NCBI GenBank assembly: GCA_963755715.1 | Contig: CAVWLW010000033.1 | Coordinates: 64,001-128,000, forward strand | Direction of reading: 5' to 3' | Source: an uncultured delta proteobacterium | Lineage (GTDB): Bacteria; Desulfobacterota; Binatia; UBA9968 | Length of the DNA stretch: 64,000 nucleotides | Shown: positions 1-11,376 of the stretch, piece after piece | Numbering within the stretch: position 1 is the first letter of the stretch | How the letters are laid out: each line of letters begins with the position of its first letter | Program-made: the position numbers and the translations under genes | Notes under the pieces: model-generated | Database searches by the model: none | What the model was told of the DNA's origin: nothing | What the model saw: only the letters and a program-made list of their open reading frames with translations

Positions 1-1059
1 GCCGCCATGACCAGCACGGCTATCTCGGATACGCCGGCGCTTTCGCCGTATAAGCGCGGCTCCAAGAAAAAATTGATAATCAGCTCGATGGCGAGGAAGG
101 AGCCGACGATAATCAGAGATGTCATCCAGCCGGGAAAATAGGCGAGGCTCAGAGCCGTCGGCAGCAAGGCGGCCGACCCATGGCCCGACATAGGGAATAA
201 AGCGCAGCATCGTTGCCAAAAAACCCCAGAGCAGCGCATAAGGAACGTCGAGGAAAAAAAGTATGACGCCGATGGCAAGGCCGAAACCGCTGTTGATCAG
301 CAGCTGTGCGAGCAGATAATGGCTGATTTTCTGCCCTGCTTCTTCCATCGCCTTGGTTGTAATCGTCAGACGACCGTAGCCCGAAACCCGGATCAGGCGG
401 TTGCGTAGCTCTTCCCGTTGAATGAGCATGAAGATAACGAGCACGATGGCCAGCACCGCGCCAGCAAGGCGTTCGACGATCGGACCGGTAGCCAGCGGTA
501 TCGGCCAAAATACCGAGTGCTGGTCGGAGGCAACCACCACCGGCCGCGGCGCTGGTTCTCGCGCCGCCGTTTCCGGTTTGTTCAGTTCTTTCTTGACTTC
601 ATCGACGGTCTGTTCGACTTTTTCCAGTGCGCCGCCTCTTTTGAAGTCGCGCAAATCGGCAACCTTTTGCTGAATGTTTTTTCGATATTGCGGCAGGTCG
701 TTGGCCAAAGCGGCAATCTGCCACGCCACGATCCAGCCCACGCTGAGTAGGATCGAGAAGGAGAAAACCGTCGCGATGACGACCGAAACAACCCGCCCCA
801 AACGCAAGCGCTCGAGCGCGCTTACGACCGGGTTCAGCACGAAAGTGAGCAGCAGGGCGACGGCGATGGGCACCAATACTTGCTGCGCCCAATACAGAAT
901 GGCGACGATCGTCACTACAATAGGCAGAAAAATCCAACCCGGCATTTTGGCGCTGGAGCGAGGGAGCAGCGTCTGCTTTGTCGGGACCGAGGGTGGCGGC
1001 GTTGCTTCTTCCGGCGGAGTGTCCGCGCTTGAGCTCTTGGTGAAAAGTGTCGACAACAT
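1..1059 (-). CDS. AI-2E (PerM-like) family transporter; runs off the window, with apparent frameshift(s) near 170 and 70
   Basis: Manual translation from ATG 1059: ...LYWAQQVLVPIAVALLLTFVLNPVVSALER...QLLINSGFGLAIG...PYALLWGFLATMLRFIPYVGPW, then in a shifted frame LEPRLYGESAGVS. These are typical AI-2E motifs. Not in the ORF track. Confidence 0.85.
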   Translation of the reverse strand, partial: MLSTLFTKSSSADTPPEEATPPPSVPTKQTLLPRSSAKMPGWIFLPIVVTIVAILYWAQQVLVPIAVALLLTFVLNPVVSALERLRLGRVVSVVIATVFSFSILLSVGWIVAWQIAALANDLPQYRKNIQQKVADLRDFKRGGALEKVEQTVDEVKKELNKPETAAREPAPRPVVVASDQHSVFWPIPLATGPIVERLAGAVLAIVLVIFMLIQREELRNRLIRVSGYGRLTITTKAMEEAGQKISHYLLAQLLINSGFGLAIGVILFFLDVPYALLWGFLATMLRFIPYVGPWVGRLAADGSEPRLFSRLDDISDYRRLLPRHRADYQFFLGAALIRRKRRRIRDSRAGHGG

Positions 1060-1077
1060 TTAAGTTAAGCGGGTCGG

Positions 1078-2643
1078 CTATTCGATGCGTTTAGATAGCA
1101 AGTTGCTCAGCCAATTGATGCCCTTGGGAAACAGCGTGTCGCGGCCGGCAGGTATCGGCTCGTAAGTGTCTTCGCCGAAGACCGGTCCTTCGGGGTCGAG
1201 CGGCAGTCCGTCGGGAAAGAAAGTTTCGATCCAGGTCTCGGCTTCTGCTGAATTGTCCAGCAGCGGATGAATGCGCAGGCGCGACGACGGATCTTGAGCG
1301 AACTCATCGAGGCGGCCGACCAAGCCGCCGATCGGTGCGAGGGCATCGGCGGCGGCGCCGTCGAGCCCGGTGTGCTCGGTGAGAAGATTCACGCGCGCGT
1401 CGCGTATCGAGCGCAGCGCGTCGTCGTCGCCGTGGCGCGCCTGCCACGAAACGTTGAGCTCGGTATCCAGTCCCATGCTGCGATTGTTCATGTTGGCCGA
1501 GCCGACGCTCAGGAAACAATCGTCGACCAAGAGAAGCTTAGAATGAATGTAGGTGGGCACGTCTTCACCGTCCTCGGCCCGTGAGGCGGGATAATAGATG
1601 CCCAACTTGTGCCCGGTGTTGGCCGCGAGGTTTTTTAGCTCGCGGATGATTTTCGTCTGGGCGACGCCGATCGATGCCTGCTCGACGAAGGCGTTGGCTT
1701 CCTTGGCCAGCAACAAAACGATTTCCAAGCGCGGGCGGCTGCGGTCGTGCATGCGCCGGACAAGCGCGTCGTAGATCGCCTGCGAGCTGAAATATTGGTT
1801 TTCGAGATATATGAGGGATTCGGCGGCGTGGACCGCGTCGCGAAACAGACGGCGGATTTCGCGCACCGACTCATTGCCAGATTCCAGCGGCTTGACTTGA
1901 GTCCGGCTGAGCGCCACCCGCGGCGAATCGATCGGCAGCGCGTTTTGCGGGCGCAGCGCCGGCTTTTTCGACGGCGCCGGAAGCTCGAGCTCGGACCCAG
2001 ACCCACAGACGATCGACCACTGCTCCTTGAAAAATTGCGCGAGCCGCGCGGCCAGGGCGCCGACGTGGTAGGTTTGCACGTCATGAAACGGCGCGTAGGG
2101 GATCTCATCGGTATTGACGCGGCGCGGGTTGACGGCGCGATGATCGCGCTCGTCCCAGCGCCCCGAGCAGATGTCGAGTCCACCCAAGAAGGCGATCTGG
2201 CCGTCGATCACGACGAATTTTTGGTGATGGCTGGCGCCGAACGCATGACACGAGTCAAAGCAGAATTGGATGCGCTCATTGGCGTTCCATTTGAAATGCC
2301 AGCGCTGCAGCCATTCCCGATCGATGCAGTAAATCATGCTGAAGTTCCAGGCGAGAATGTACACGCGCAAGTCGGGGTTGTTTTCACAAAGACGATTGAG
2401 AAACGAAAGGAGCGTGCTGTCGGCCGCGGTGGGGCCATCGTCGCGCAGGAGTTGCACGTCGCTGTCGAATTGCCAGCCGGACAAGAGGATGTAGCTCTCG
2501 GCCTTTGCCGCCGCAGTCCAAAAAGCGCGATAGTAGTCGCAGCCATCGACCAGCAAACCGCTCTCGCTGACGTTGTCGATGCCGTAACAGTTGATGCCCG
2601 CCGCTAAAATATCTTTCATGGGTTTTATGATCGCGTTCGCCAC
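1078..2643 (-). CDS. Phospholipase D superfamily protein
   Basis: Two HKD motifs (HQKFVVID, HSKLLLVD...GSANMNNRS), 521 aa. Confidence 0.9.
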   Translation of the reverse strand: MANAIIKPMKDILAAGINCYGIDNVSESGLLVDGCDYYRAFWTAAAKAESYILLSGWQFDSDVQLLRDDGPTAADSTLLSFLNRLCENNPDLRVYILAWNFSMIYCIDREWLQRWHFKWNANERIQFCFDSCHAFGASHHQKFVVIDGQIAFLGGLDICSGRWDERDHRAVNPRRVNTDEIPYAPFHDVQTYHVGALAARLAQFFKEQWSIVCGSGSELELPAPSKKPALRPQNALPIDSPRVALSRTQVKPLESGNESVREIRRLFRDAVHAAESLIYLENQYFSSQAIYDALVRRMHDRSRPRLEIVLLLAKEANAFVEQASIGVAQTKIIRELKNLAANTGHKLGIYYPASRAEDGEDVPTYIHSKLLLVDDCFLSVGSANMNNRSMGLDTELNVSWQARHGDDDALRSIRDARVNLLTEHTGLDGAAADALAPIGGLVGRLDEFAQDPSSRLRIHPLLDNSAEAETWIETFFPDGLPLDPEGPVFGEDTYEPIPAGRDTLFPKGINWLSNLLSKRIE

Positions 2644-2708
2644 GGCTGAATTCTAAGGGTCTGGCTTCAGGTACCGAGCTATTGACAGACCGTGGACACC
2701 CTAAAAGC

Positions 2709-2723
2709 GCAACTAGAGTGCCA
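2709..2723 (-). promoter_or_regulatory. sigma54 (-24/-12) promoter for the PLD-AI-2E operon
   Basis: Minus strand TGGCACTCTAGTTGC is an exact match to TGGCAC-N5-TTGC, about 65 bp upstream of the PLD start. Confidence 0.75.
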
Positions 2724-3006
2724 GGGAAAAATCCTTATTTTTTCGAGGGCGCCGATACCTTTTGTCGGTTTTATCCCTACTCCGGTCCCGTCGGTGTGAC
2801 AGGAGTTAACCTGCAAATGCCGATTGCCGGTGCGCTATGAAAACATCTTGCGCCGTGAAAATTAAGAGAATAAGAGTAACTAAAGATTAGCCTAAATCGG
2901 CGGGTGGGGTTTGCGTTCTGGTTGACGGGGGCATCAAACAAATATTTGATCAGTCAGGCACAGATCGTGAATCGCAGGTGTTGTAACGGTACCAAAGCAG
3001 CGATTT

Positions 3007-6000
3007 ATGAGTGACGCGCAAGAGCCTTCTGTTTCGGACTCGGATCTTGACGCCAAAACATCCGACAGCCACTGCACCGTTGTCGGCATCGGCGCCTCCG
3101 CCGGTGGCATCACCGCGCTCAAGAATCTTTTTCAGCATATGCCGTCCGACAGCGGCATGGCCTTTGTCGTCATCGTTCACCTCGCCCACGACCACCACAG
3201 TACTCTTGCGGCAATCCTTCAGTCGAGCACTTCCATGCCGGTGTTGGAGGTGACCGAGACCCTGCGCGTCGAGCCGGATCACGTTTACGTCATCCCGCCG
3301 GGAAAATATCTGGAGATGTTGGACGGGGAAATCCGTCTCGCCGAGCGCACCGAAGTGCGCGGCGTGCGTGTGCCCATCGATATGTTTTTGCGCACGCTTG
3401 CGGACGCTTATGGTCGCAATGCGATCTGCGTGATTCTTTCGGGCAGCGGCTCGGATGGCACCCTCGGCTTAAAACGGGTCAAGGAAGCCGGCGGTATTGC
3501 CATCGCGCAGGCCCCGGAAGATGCCGAGTACGACTCGATGCCGCGCAGCGCCATCGCCACCGACCTCGTCGATTTGATTTTTCCCGCAAGCCAAATCCCG
3601 GAAAAACTCATCGCCCTTAAGCGGACCGCCGATAGATTGCAACGCGACGGCGAAAAAGTCAGCGACGAAAAGATTCCCTCCCAGGACGCCGTGCGCGAAA
3701 TTACCTCGCTGCTGCGCGCGCGCACCGGCCACGACTTTTCGAGCTACAAGCAGCCGACGGTGTTGCGCCGCATCGCGCGGCGCGTGCAGGTGCATGAGCT
3801 GGAGGCCATCGACGAATACGTCGATTTCTTGCGCGGTCATCCGGAGGAAGTCGAAGCGCTGCTCGCCGATCTGCTGATCACCGTCACCGATTTTTTCCGC
3901 GACAAGGAAGTCTTCGAAGCCTTGCAGCAAAACGTCGTGCCGAAGTTATTTAAGGGAAAGACTTCGGCGGATCAGGTGCGGGTCTGGGTCGTCGGCTGCG
4001 CCACCGGCGAGGAGGCCTACTCGATCGCGATGCTGCTGCGCGAGCATGCGGACCAATTGGCTGATCCGCCGGCGCTGCAAGTCTTCGCGACCGACATCAA
4101 CGAACAGGCGATCGCCACGGCGCGCGCGGGCCGCTACAACGAGGCGATGACCGCCGATGTTTCGCCCGAGCGGCTGCGCCAGTTTTTTGTGAAAGAGGGC
4201 AGATTCTATCACGTGAAAAAAGAGATACGCGAGATGGTCTTGTTCGCGCCGCACAATGTGACCCGTGATCCGCCCTTTTCGCGCATCGACCTGCTCAGTT
4301 GCCGGAATTTGCTGATTTACCTCAATCGCGACATGCAGGAACGGATCTTGGAGATCTTTCACTTTGCCCTGCACCGAGAAGGGTTCTTATGCTTGGGAAC
4401 CTCGGAATCGGCTGAAAGCGCCGCGTCGCTATTTTCTGTTTTCGATAAAAAGTGGCGTATCTACAAAAATCGCCAGGCGAGCCTGCCGCACCCGAAGTTT
4501 CTTATCCTCCGGCGCAGGGGAAGTGGCAGGTGCGTTTCCCCGAACCGCCGCCCCTTCAGCGCGTACAGGATTCTTCCTTCGGCGAGCTTCACTTCAAGCT
4601 GATCGAATTGCACGGACCGCCGAGCGTGCTGGTCAATGAAGAAGGGGATATCGTTCACTTGAGCGAGCACGCGGGCCGCTACCTGCGCATGGCGGGCGGC
4701 GAGCCGACCAATAATTTGCTCAAAGTCATTCATCCCGATCTCCATATCGATTGCCGCACGGCGTTGCTTGCCGCGCGCCAGAGCCATCAGCCGAGCGAAG
4801 CACGCAATCTCCGGGTCACGCTCGACGGCGAGCCGCGTAGCGTTAACCTGATCGTGCGCCCGGCAATAGACGGAGGCGAAGCGGGACAGGCCTACTTCCT
4901 CGTGCTATTCGAAGAGCAGGAGGGGCCATCACGTTTCCCAGAGCTGCCACCGACCTCTCCGGCTGCCTTAGCCGGCGATAAGGTGATGGAGACCGCAGTC
5001 CTTCATCTCGAAGAGGAGCTGCAGCAGACGAAGAATCGGCTGCGGATAATCGTCGAGCAGTACGAAACTTCGATCGAAGAGCTGAAAGCTTCCAACGAAG
5101 AGCTGCAGGCGATCAACGAAGAGATGCGCTCCGCGGGCGAAGAGCTGGAAACCGGCAAAGAAGAGCTCCAGTCGGTCAACGAAGAGCTGATCACGCTCAA
5201 TCACGAATTGAAAAACAAAGTCGATGAGCTCAGCCGCGCCAATTCGGACCTGCAAAACCTGATATCGTCGACCGACATCGCTTTGATTTTTCTCGATCCC
5301 GGCCTACGAATTCGCCGGTACACGCCGCAGGCCCAGCACCTTTTCAACATTATTCCGACGGATATCGGTCGCCCCCTCGAACATCTGACGCATAAGCTCG
5401 AATACGAAAACCTGGTGGCGGATTCGACCGAAGTGCTGCGCACGCTGCGGCCGAGCGAGCGTGAAATCCGCAGCACGGATGACCGCTGGTATATTTCCCG
5501 GATCGCGCCCTACCGCACGGTGGAAGACAAGATCGATGGTATCGTATTCACGTTCGTCGATATCACCGAGCGGCGCAACACGGAGCACAATTTACGCCAG
5601 GCGCATGAACGCTTTGAGCTGGCCGTCGAAGGTTCGAGAGACGTCATATGGGATTGGAACATAAGCACCGGGGAGATTTATTTTTCTGATCGGATTTACG
5701 AGCTATTGAGTGAAAACGGACAGCGGTTCACGCACGGGTTTACTTGGCGAGATTGGCAGGCGCTGATTCATCCGCAGGACAGAGCCAGGGTGGTAAAAGA
5801 AACCGAGCGCTATCTGGAAACGCGGGACAAAGTTTACAACGTCGACTATCGGGTGGGCAGCAAAGAAGGAGCTTACCGCTGGGTCAATTCTCGTGGGCAA
5901 GCTCTCTGGGACCCGTCCGGCAAGTCGACACGGATGGCCGGCTCGTTGACCGATATTAGCGACCGCAAAACATTGGACGAGGAACTGATCGCGTCGGACC

Positions 6001-7091
6001 GGCGCAAGGACGAGTTCTTGGCGATGCTGTCGCACGAACTGCGCAATCCGCTCGCGCCAATGACCGGCGCCTTGGAGCTCATGAAGAGCGCCAGTGACCG
6101 GGACACCGAGCAGCGCGCGCTTCACGTGCTCGAGCGCCAGGTCGGCCAGATCGTTCGCATGGTGGATGATCTGCTCGACATCTCGCGCATGGCGGTAGGA
6201 AAATTGAGCTTGCGTATGACCCGCGCCGACTTGGCCACGGTAGTCGAGTTTGCGCTGGAAACCTGCCGGCCGATGATCAATGCCGCGGCACATCGGTTGA
6301 CGGTTTCGTTGCCGCCCGAGCCGCTTTATCTGAATGCCGACGTGGCGAGGCTGGCGCAGGTGCTCGCCAACCTTTTGAACAACGCTATCAAGTACACCCC
6401 ATCGGGAGGCGAAATCCGTCTGAGCGCGTCGCGCGAAGACGATGACGCCGTCATTCGAGTGCAAGACAACGGTATGGGCATCGCCCCCGCTGATTTGTCG
6501 CGCATCTTCGATATTTTTACCCAAGGCGACCCCCGGAGCCGGCCCTTGGGCGGTCTAGGCATCGGTTTGAGCCTGGTGAAGCAATTGGTCGAAATGCACG
6601 GCGGTACGGTCTCAGCGCTGAGCGGCGGTTTGGGAAAGGGGAGTGAATTCATCGTGCGCGTGCCGCTGTCGGCCAATCAGGACGAGCAAGTCACCGCGCA
6701 CGAAGAAGCTAAAATCGCCAAGGCGGTCCCGCGGCGCATTCTCGTCGTTGACGACAACCAACACGCGGCGGAAATATTGGCCAAGTGGCTAAACCTGGAG
6801 GGGCATTCGGTGACGACGGCTTTAGACGGCGCCAGCGCGATCGAAAAAGCGCTCGTGTTCAAGCCGGAGGTTGTTTGCCTCGATATCAGTTTGCCCGATA
6901 TCAGCGGTTACGACGTTGCCGCGCGCCTGCGCCGCGATCTGCCGGACCTACTCATCATAGCGATCTCCGGCTGGCTGCAGGAAAGCGAGAGCCAGAACGC
7001 TAAAGAAATCATCAATCACTATCTGTTGAAGCCGGTCGATTTTAAAGATCTCCGCGCCAAGATCGCCGGCACAAGAGCGCCCGACGAGTGA
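3007..7091 (+). CDS. CheB methylesterase-CheR methyltransferase-PAS-histidine kinase-receiver hybrid (one gene, frameshift near 4465)
   Basis: GIGASAGG/HL (CheB), VGCATGEEAYS and DLLSCRNLLIYL (CheR), SNEELQ coiled coil, PAS, SHELRNPL (HisKA), GLGIGL (HATPase), C-terminal receiver. The two ORFs join at an A5 run. Confidence 0.88.
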
Positions 7092-7127
7092 CGTCGCGAT
7101 GGCGGATTGGTTCGGTCTTGTCGTCAG

Positions 7128-7435
7128 TCAAATTCTATCCGCGTCATGACCCGGCCGGGCGAATCTATCGGTTATCACCAGCTCGCCGACACGCAACCGC
7201 TTGACGTTGAGATCATCGATCTCGAGCGAGCGGATGTGCGAAACATCGACAATAAAACGTTTGAGCACCAAACGTCCGATCGCCAAGGCGCCGATCGCGA
7301 GAGCGCCGACGGCGAGGACGCCGATCGCTTGTGATCCGACAGCCAACGAGCCGATCGCAGTTTTTTTCGCGGCAAAAAGCGCAAGGCGCCGCGCGCCGCT
7401 TGGCTGCTCCGCAGTTTGGTTACACCGGCATTCAT
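7128..7435 (-). CDS. Small hypothetical membrane protein with G(A/V)LA(I/V)G repeats (frameshift near 7365)
   Basis: ATG 7435 with GGAG upstream joins the frame AIGSLAVGSQAIGVLAVGALAIGALAIGRL...LEIDDLNVKRLRVGEL across a homopolymer run. Confidence 0.6.
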
Positions 7436-7490
7436 CTTCGTGATCTCCTCTCTCTAAGCTGGACCTTGGCTCTTCAACATCTCTTTTTTT

Positions 7491-7982
7491 CTAAACTGAT
7501 CCATGGTGCACCGACGGCAATGAGCACATGCGGATCAAGGAAATTAGCAGGGCGCTGAAGCCGATCCAATGAAGTACAAAGCGCGCGGCGTGCGAGTATT
7601 CCCACTGGCTACGCCATCGACTCCAGTCCGGCGGAATCGAAGATGCTGTCCATTTGGCCGTCTCGGCATTGACCGGATTGGTAAATCCCAGCCAGACGAC
7701 GAAAAATGCGAGGGCCAGACAAATCGTGCCGGCGAGCGCCAGATAAAAAGCCGGCCGATGAGCGCGCACGAGATAAGATAAAACTGCCGTGGCGATGATC
7801 GCGCCGATCTCGACGGGTGCGCCGACGTAGGCGAAGTAGGGATAAAGCGTGTGCTGAAAAGTTCGCCAAAGCTGACCGTCGACATTCATTTTAGCCGGCA
7901 TCTCCAGCGTATGAGCGAAGCTCGTGCCCATCAGCAACGATGTCAACGTAAGCGTCAGGAAATACCAAACCTGAATAAACAT
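7491..7982 (-). CDS. DUF1772/anthrone oxygenase-like membrane protein
   Basis: Four hydrophobic segments; AHTLEMPAK, TNPVNA and W..WRSQWEYSHAAR motifs. Confidence 0.7.
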   Translation of the reverse strand: MFIQVWYFLTLTLTSLLMGTSFAHTLEMPAKMNVDGQLWRTFQHTLYPYFAYVGAPVEIGAIIATAVLSYLVRAHRPAFYLALAGTICLALAFFVVWLGFTNPVNAETAKWTASSIPPDWSRWRSQWEYSHAARFVLHWIGFSALLISLIRMCSLPSVHHGSV

Positions 7983-8155
7983 AGGCGTGCCGATTGTTCA
8001 ACGAAGACAAGAAATAGGAGCAAGCGCTGGGCCAAGATCGCAATTGCCGCATATGACGCGCGATCTGCGACTGGATTGCGCATTGCAGGCGATGGAATGC
8101 TGCAAGGCTGGAAATTTTTTGTCCCGCTTGTCGGACAGAAGGAGAAGACCCGGCG

Positions 8156-8524
8156 CTATTGCGCGGCGGCTCTCCGATAGCGGGCGGCGCCCATGTGGCC
8201 CAAGCCGATCGTGAGCACTCCGAGCAACAGATGGATCACCTGGATGATCCAGTGATAGTCGCCGACCAGCAATGACGCCTGGATCATGCCGAGCCAGCCG
8301 GTCAACGCGCCGACGATAACGGCGCAGGCGGCGATGATCCAACTGCCGCCTCTAACAAGAGCTTGGCCGATACCGATCACCCAAAGCGCGGCGACGGCCA
8401 GGAGACCGAGCAGCATATGCAGCGAAATAATATTCAATGCCATACCGGTCCAGAGGACCAAGCCGAAAATCAACGCGAGTATACCCGCTAAGCTCAAAAC
8501 GATGGATGCAATACGGATTATCAT
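8156..8524 (-). CDS. Hypothetical 4-TM membrane protein with His residues in the helices
   Basis: MIIRIASIVLSL...LHMLLGLL...HWIIQVIHLLLG; very hydrophobic. Confidence 0.65.
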   Translation of the reverse strand: MIIRIASIVLSLAGILALIFGLVLWTGMALNIISLHMLLGLLAVAALWVIGIGQALVRGGSWIIAACAVIVGALTGWLGMIQASLLVGDYHWIIQVIHLLLGVLTIGLGHMGAARYRRAAAQ

Positions 8525-8582
8525 AAGGGCGAATGTCCTCTCGCGTCCGGCCGCGGCGTGCGTTGTGTAAGCGCGCGCAACA

Positions 8583-8604
8583 AGCATTGATAAAGCTCAA
8601 TGCT
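8583..8604. promoter_or_regulatory. Palindromic operator with an FNR/CRP-like core
   Basis: AGCATTGA-TAAAGC-TCAATGCT inverted repeat; core TTGAT-N4-CTCAA is 9/10 to the FNR box; lies upstream of the 8524 gene. Confidence 0.45.
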
Positions 8605-8817
8605 ATAGAGGTATTAGCAGATTTCCGTGCGGATCACTAAGAGCGGCGCAATATTTGTGAGGGCATATCGGGAGTGAAAGCGGTTATGCCGCTGCGGCGA
8701 TCGACGCAATTTGTGCGGGGAGAATTTGTTTGCTGGAGGTCCTCGAGCCCGCGCCGTTTCCGGATGAATTCGCTCGCCGCGAAGCGGAGGAAAATTTCGT
8801 CTTGATAAGACGTCGCT

Positions 8818-9213
8818 CTAAAATTTCCGATTCGGGGTTGCTGTACGAACAAAGACGGTCATGTGCTCGGCGCTCACGATCTCCACCTCGGTACCGGCGA
8901 CGATCATCTGATCGGCGGGAAGCGCTCTGGCGCTCCAGAGCTCACCTTGGACTCGGACGAAACCCTTCGGTGACAAATCATCGTGCGCGAAACCCCGCGC
9001 GCCGACAAGCGCTTGCAGACCCGTTTTAACGTTCGTCTGGTAGGCTCGGTGTAAAAGCGGATAAAGCATCACGTCTTTCAACACCCAAGCAAAAAAACCA
9101 ACGACGCCGAGCCATGGCGGCAAAAATTCCCAGTGCAAGAGGGCGAGCAAAACCGCTGCTGCTATAAGCCAGCCGGGGATTTGAAATATTAAATAACGTT
9201 GCCAGGTCGACAT
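8818..9213 (-). CDS. NfeD family protein
   Basis: N-terminal TM segments followed by LVGARG...LSPKGFVRVQGELWSARA (OB-fold NfeD signature). Confidence 0.8.
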   Translation of the reverse strand: MSTWQRYLIFQIPGWLIAAAVLLALLHWEFLPPWLGVVGFFAWVLKDVMLYPLLHRAYQTNVKTGLQALVGARGFAHDDLSPKGFVRVQGELWSARALPADQMIVAGTEVEIVSAEHMTVFVRTATPNRKF

Positions 9214-9420
9214 CGATGGAGATTTTACGGATCGCGCGTCTACGAATCAACGGGTTTTCAGTTGATTAGAATCGCATGGATTGACATGATGACCGAGCGC
9301 CTTTTTCAAAGGGGGGCGAACAAAATCTCATTTCGGCCGCGTTTCTCCGGCATTTTTCTTGACGCTCGCGTGCGGTCTCGCTACTGTCACTGGACCCTTT
9401 GTCGAAAGGCTAATTCAGTC

Positions 9421-10152
9421 ATGGATGAGTTACTTAAGGATCTCGCGCCCACAGGAAGAGTACGAGTCGGCATCAATTATGGAAATCCCGTGCTCGCCAA
9501 GAAAGATCCCGCAAGCGGCGAGCTCCGCGGCGTGGCAGTCGATCTCGCGCGCGAGCTTGGCACGCGAATCCATGTTCCGGTCGAGCTCGTCGGCTACGAC
9601 TCGGCGGGAAAAATGTTCGAAGCGGTGAAAGCTGGAGCCTGGGATGTTGCGTTTCTTGCGATCGATCCCGGGCGCGCCGATGAGATCGATTTCACTGCTC
9701 CTTACGTAGAAATCGAAGGCACCTATCTCGTCCCGGCCGGTACGCCTTATCGGGTCGTCGGAGACGTCGATGAGCCCGACGTGCGCATCGGCGTATCCGC
9801 CAAGAGTGCTTATGATCTATTCTTGAGCCGCAGCATCCAACACGCGGAATTAATCCACGCATCGGGCCCCGATGCTGCATTCGCGTTACTCCTCGCCGGC
9901 AAGGTCGATGTGCTGGCCGGAGTCAGGCAACACCTCGTCGCCAATGCAGCGAAGATTCCGGGATCGCGCGTGTTGGACGATCGGTTCATGGCGATCCAGC
10001 AAGCGCTCGGCATTGTCAAAGGCCGCGTCGAAGGCGCCAAGTATTTGCGCGAATTTATTGAGGATGTGAAGGCATCAGGCTTGGTGAAGCGGGCCCTCGA
10101 AAAATCCGGCGTGAGCGGCGTGTCCATTGCGCCGGCGGCGCCGACCGAATAA
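9421..10152 (+). CDS. Polar amino-acid family ABC substrate-binding protein
   Basis: LAPTGRVRVGINYGNPVLA...AWDVAFLAIDPGRA; start moved to ATG 9421. Confidence 0.8.
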   Translation: MDELLKDLAPTGRVRVGINYGNPVLAKKDPASGELRGVAVDLARELGTRIHVPVELVGYDSAGKMFEAVKAGAWDVAFLAIDPGRADEIDFTAPYVEIEGTYLVPAGTPYRVVGDVDEPDVRIGVSAKSAYDLFLSRSIQHAELIHASGPDAAFALLLAGKVDVLAGVRQHLVANAAKIPGSRVLDDRFMAIQQALGIVKGRVEGAKYLREFIEDVKASGLVKRALEKSGVSGVSIAPAAPTE

Positions 10153-10226
10153 TCGGAGTTTCAACTTTATTGCTAACCGCCCGTGGTCGATGTTAGGCTT
10201 CCCTATGAATCAGGAAGGAAATCGTT

Positions 10227-11039
10227 ATGCCTGAAACGATCACGGTTGAAATCCCCTATACCATAGACAGCGGCGAGAAACTCGTTAACGAGACCTTCGG
10301 CCCCAACAATATTCGGCGTAGCCGCACCGGAAGTGACGACAGGAAACCGATGACTATTCAGAACGGCAGACTGTTCGGCGATCGGCTGTCGCTGGATGAG
10401 CAAGGTTTTGTCTTTGTCACACACCTGACCCAAGTAGCTGACTTTTTCGATGCCGACCAATTGAAGTCCGTATATTACCCGGAAGTCGAGCAATTGATCC
10501 GGCGCGAGTCGGGCGCAGCGCGCGTGGTGATATTCGATCACACGTTGCGCTCGGGCGACGAGACGGAAAGGGAAACGAAACTCATCCGCGAGCCCGTACT
10601 GTCGGCGCACAACGACTACACGGAGTGGTCCGGACCCAATCGGGTGCGGGAAATTTTTCCCGATGAAGCGGACGAACTACTGAAGCGCCGCTTTGCGATC
10701 ATTCAGGTCTGGCGCGCGATCAATCAACCGATCCGGGCCAATCCTCTAGCGCTCGCCGACGCGAAGAGCGTGGCGATGGACGATCTACTCGTCGCCGAGC
10801 GTCGCTATCCGCACCGTGTCGGGCAAACCTACCGTTTGAAATACAATCCCAATCATCGCTGGTTTTATTTTCCCGAGATGCGCCGCGACGAAGCTTTAGT
10901 GTTCAAAGTCTACGACTCGGAGACGGACGGACGGGCGCGCTTCACGCCGCATACCTCCTTCGCCGATCCCGCATCTCCGCCCAATGCCCCGCCGCGTCAA
11001 AGCATCGAAGTGCGCGCCCTCGCGTTTTTCGCTTCGTGA
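10227..11039 (+). CDS. CmcJ/NvfI/AsaB-like oxidoreductase
   Basis: YYPEVEQLI, FDHTLR, HNDYT, QVWRAI, PHTSF and RQSIEVR motifs. Confidence 0.8.
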   Translation: MPETITVEIPYTIDSGEKLVNETFGPNNIRRSRTGSDDRKPMTIQNGRLFGDRLSLDEQGFVFVTHLTQVADFFDADQLKSVYYPEVEQLIRRESGAARVVIFDHTLRSGDETERETKLIREPVLSAHNDYTEWSGPNRVREIFPDEADELLKRRFAIIQVWRAINQPIRANPLALADAKSVAMDDLLVAERRYPHRVGQTYRLKYNPNHRWFYFPEMRRDEALVFKVYDSETDGRARFTPHTSFADPASPPNAPPRQSIEVRALAFFAS

Positions 11040-11079
11040 ATGCTGCTCGACCCTTGTCGCTTGCCGTATAGGCTGATCA

Positions 11080-11376
11080 CTATGCGGCGGCGGCTCGCTT
11101 CGGGATGAGCGCGACGACTACGTCTGCATCCAACACTGCGGCTATGCGATGCAGCAATGGCAGCGAATGGCGCCGGTAGCCGGCCTGCTCGACGGCCGAG
11201 ATGGCCTGCTGGCTACAGCCGACTTTTTTTGCGACGTGCTGCTGCGACCAGCCTTTCGATTCGCGCAGACGGCGAATTTGCAGGGCGACCTCGGCTTCAG
11301 GCCGTTTTTTATTGAATGTCGAAGCAAAGATCCGATTGTGTTTCAATCGGCTCAGTTGTCTTTGAAAATTATCCAT
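11080..11376 (-). CDS. XRE-family HTH protein (HigA-like antitoxin, apparently orphan)
   Basis: IRRLRESKGWSQQHVAKKVGCSQQAISAVE; GGAGG RBS. Confidence 0.8.
   Translation of the reverse strand: MDNFQRQLSRLKHNRIFASTFNKKRPEAEVALQIRRLRESKGWSQQHVAKKVGCSQQAISAVEQAGYRRHSLPLLHRIAAVLDADVVVALIPKRAAAA

Noticed and set aside
1078-2643. PLD as an anti-phage nuclease
   Set aside because: Two-HKD lipid-type architecture with no helicase or defence neighbours.
4440-4500. Programmed ribosomal frameshift separating CheB/CheR from the kinase
   Set aside because: One missing A in a homopolymer explains it, and similar indels occur throughout the window.
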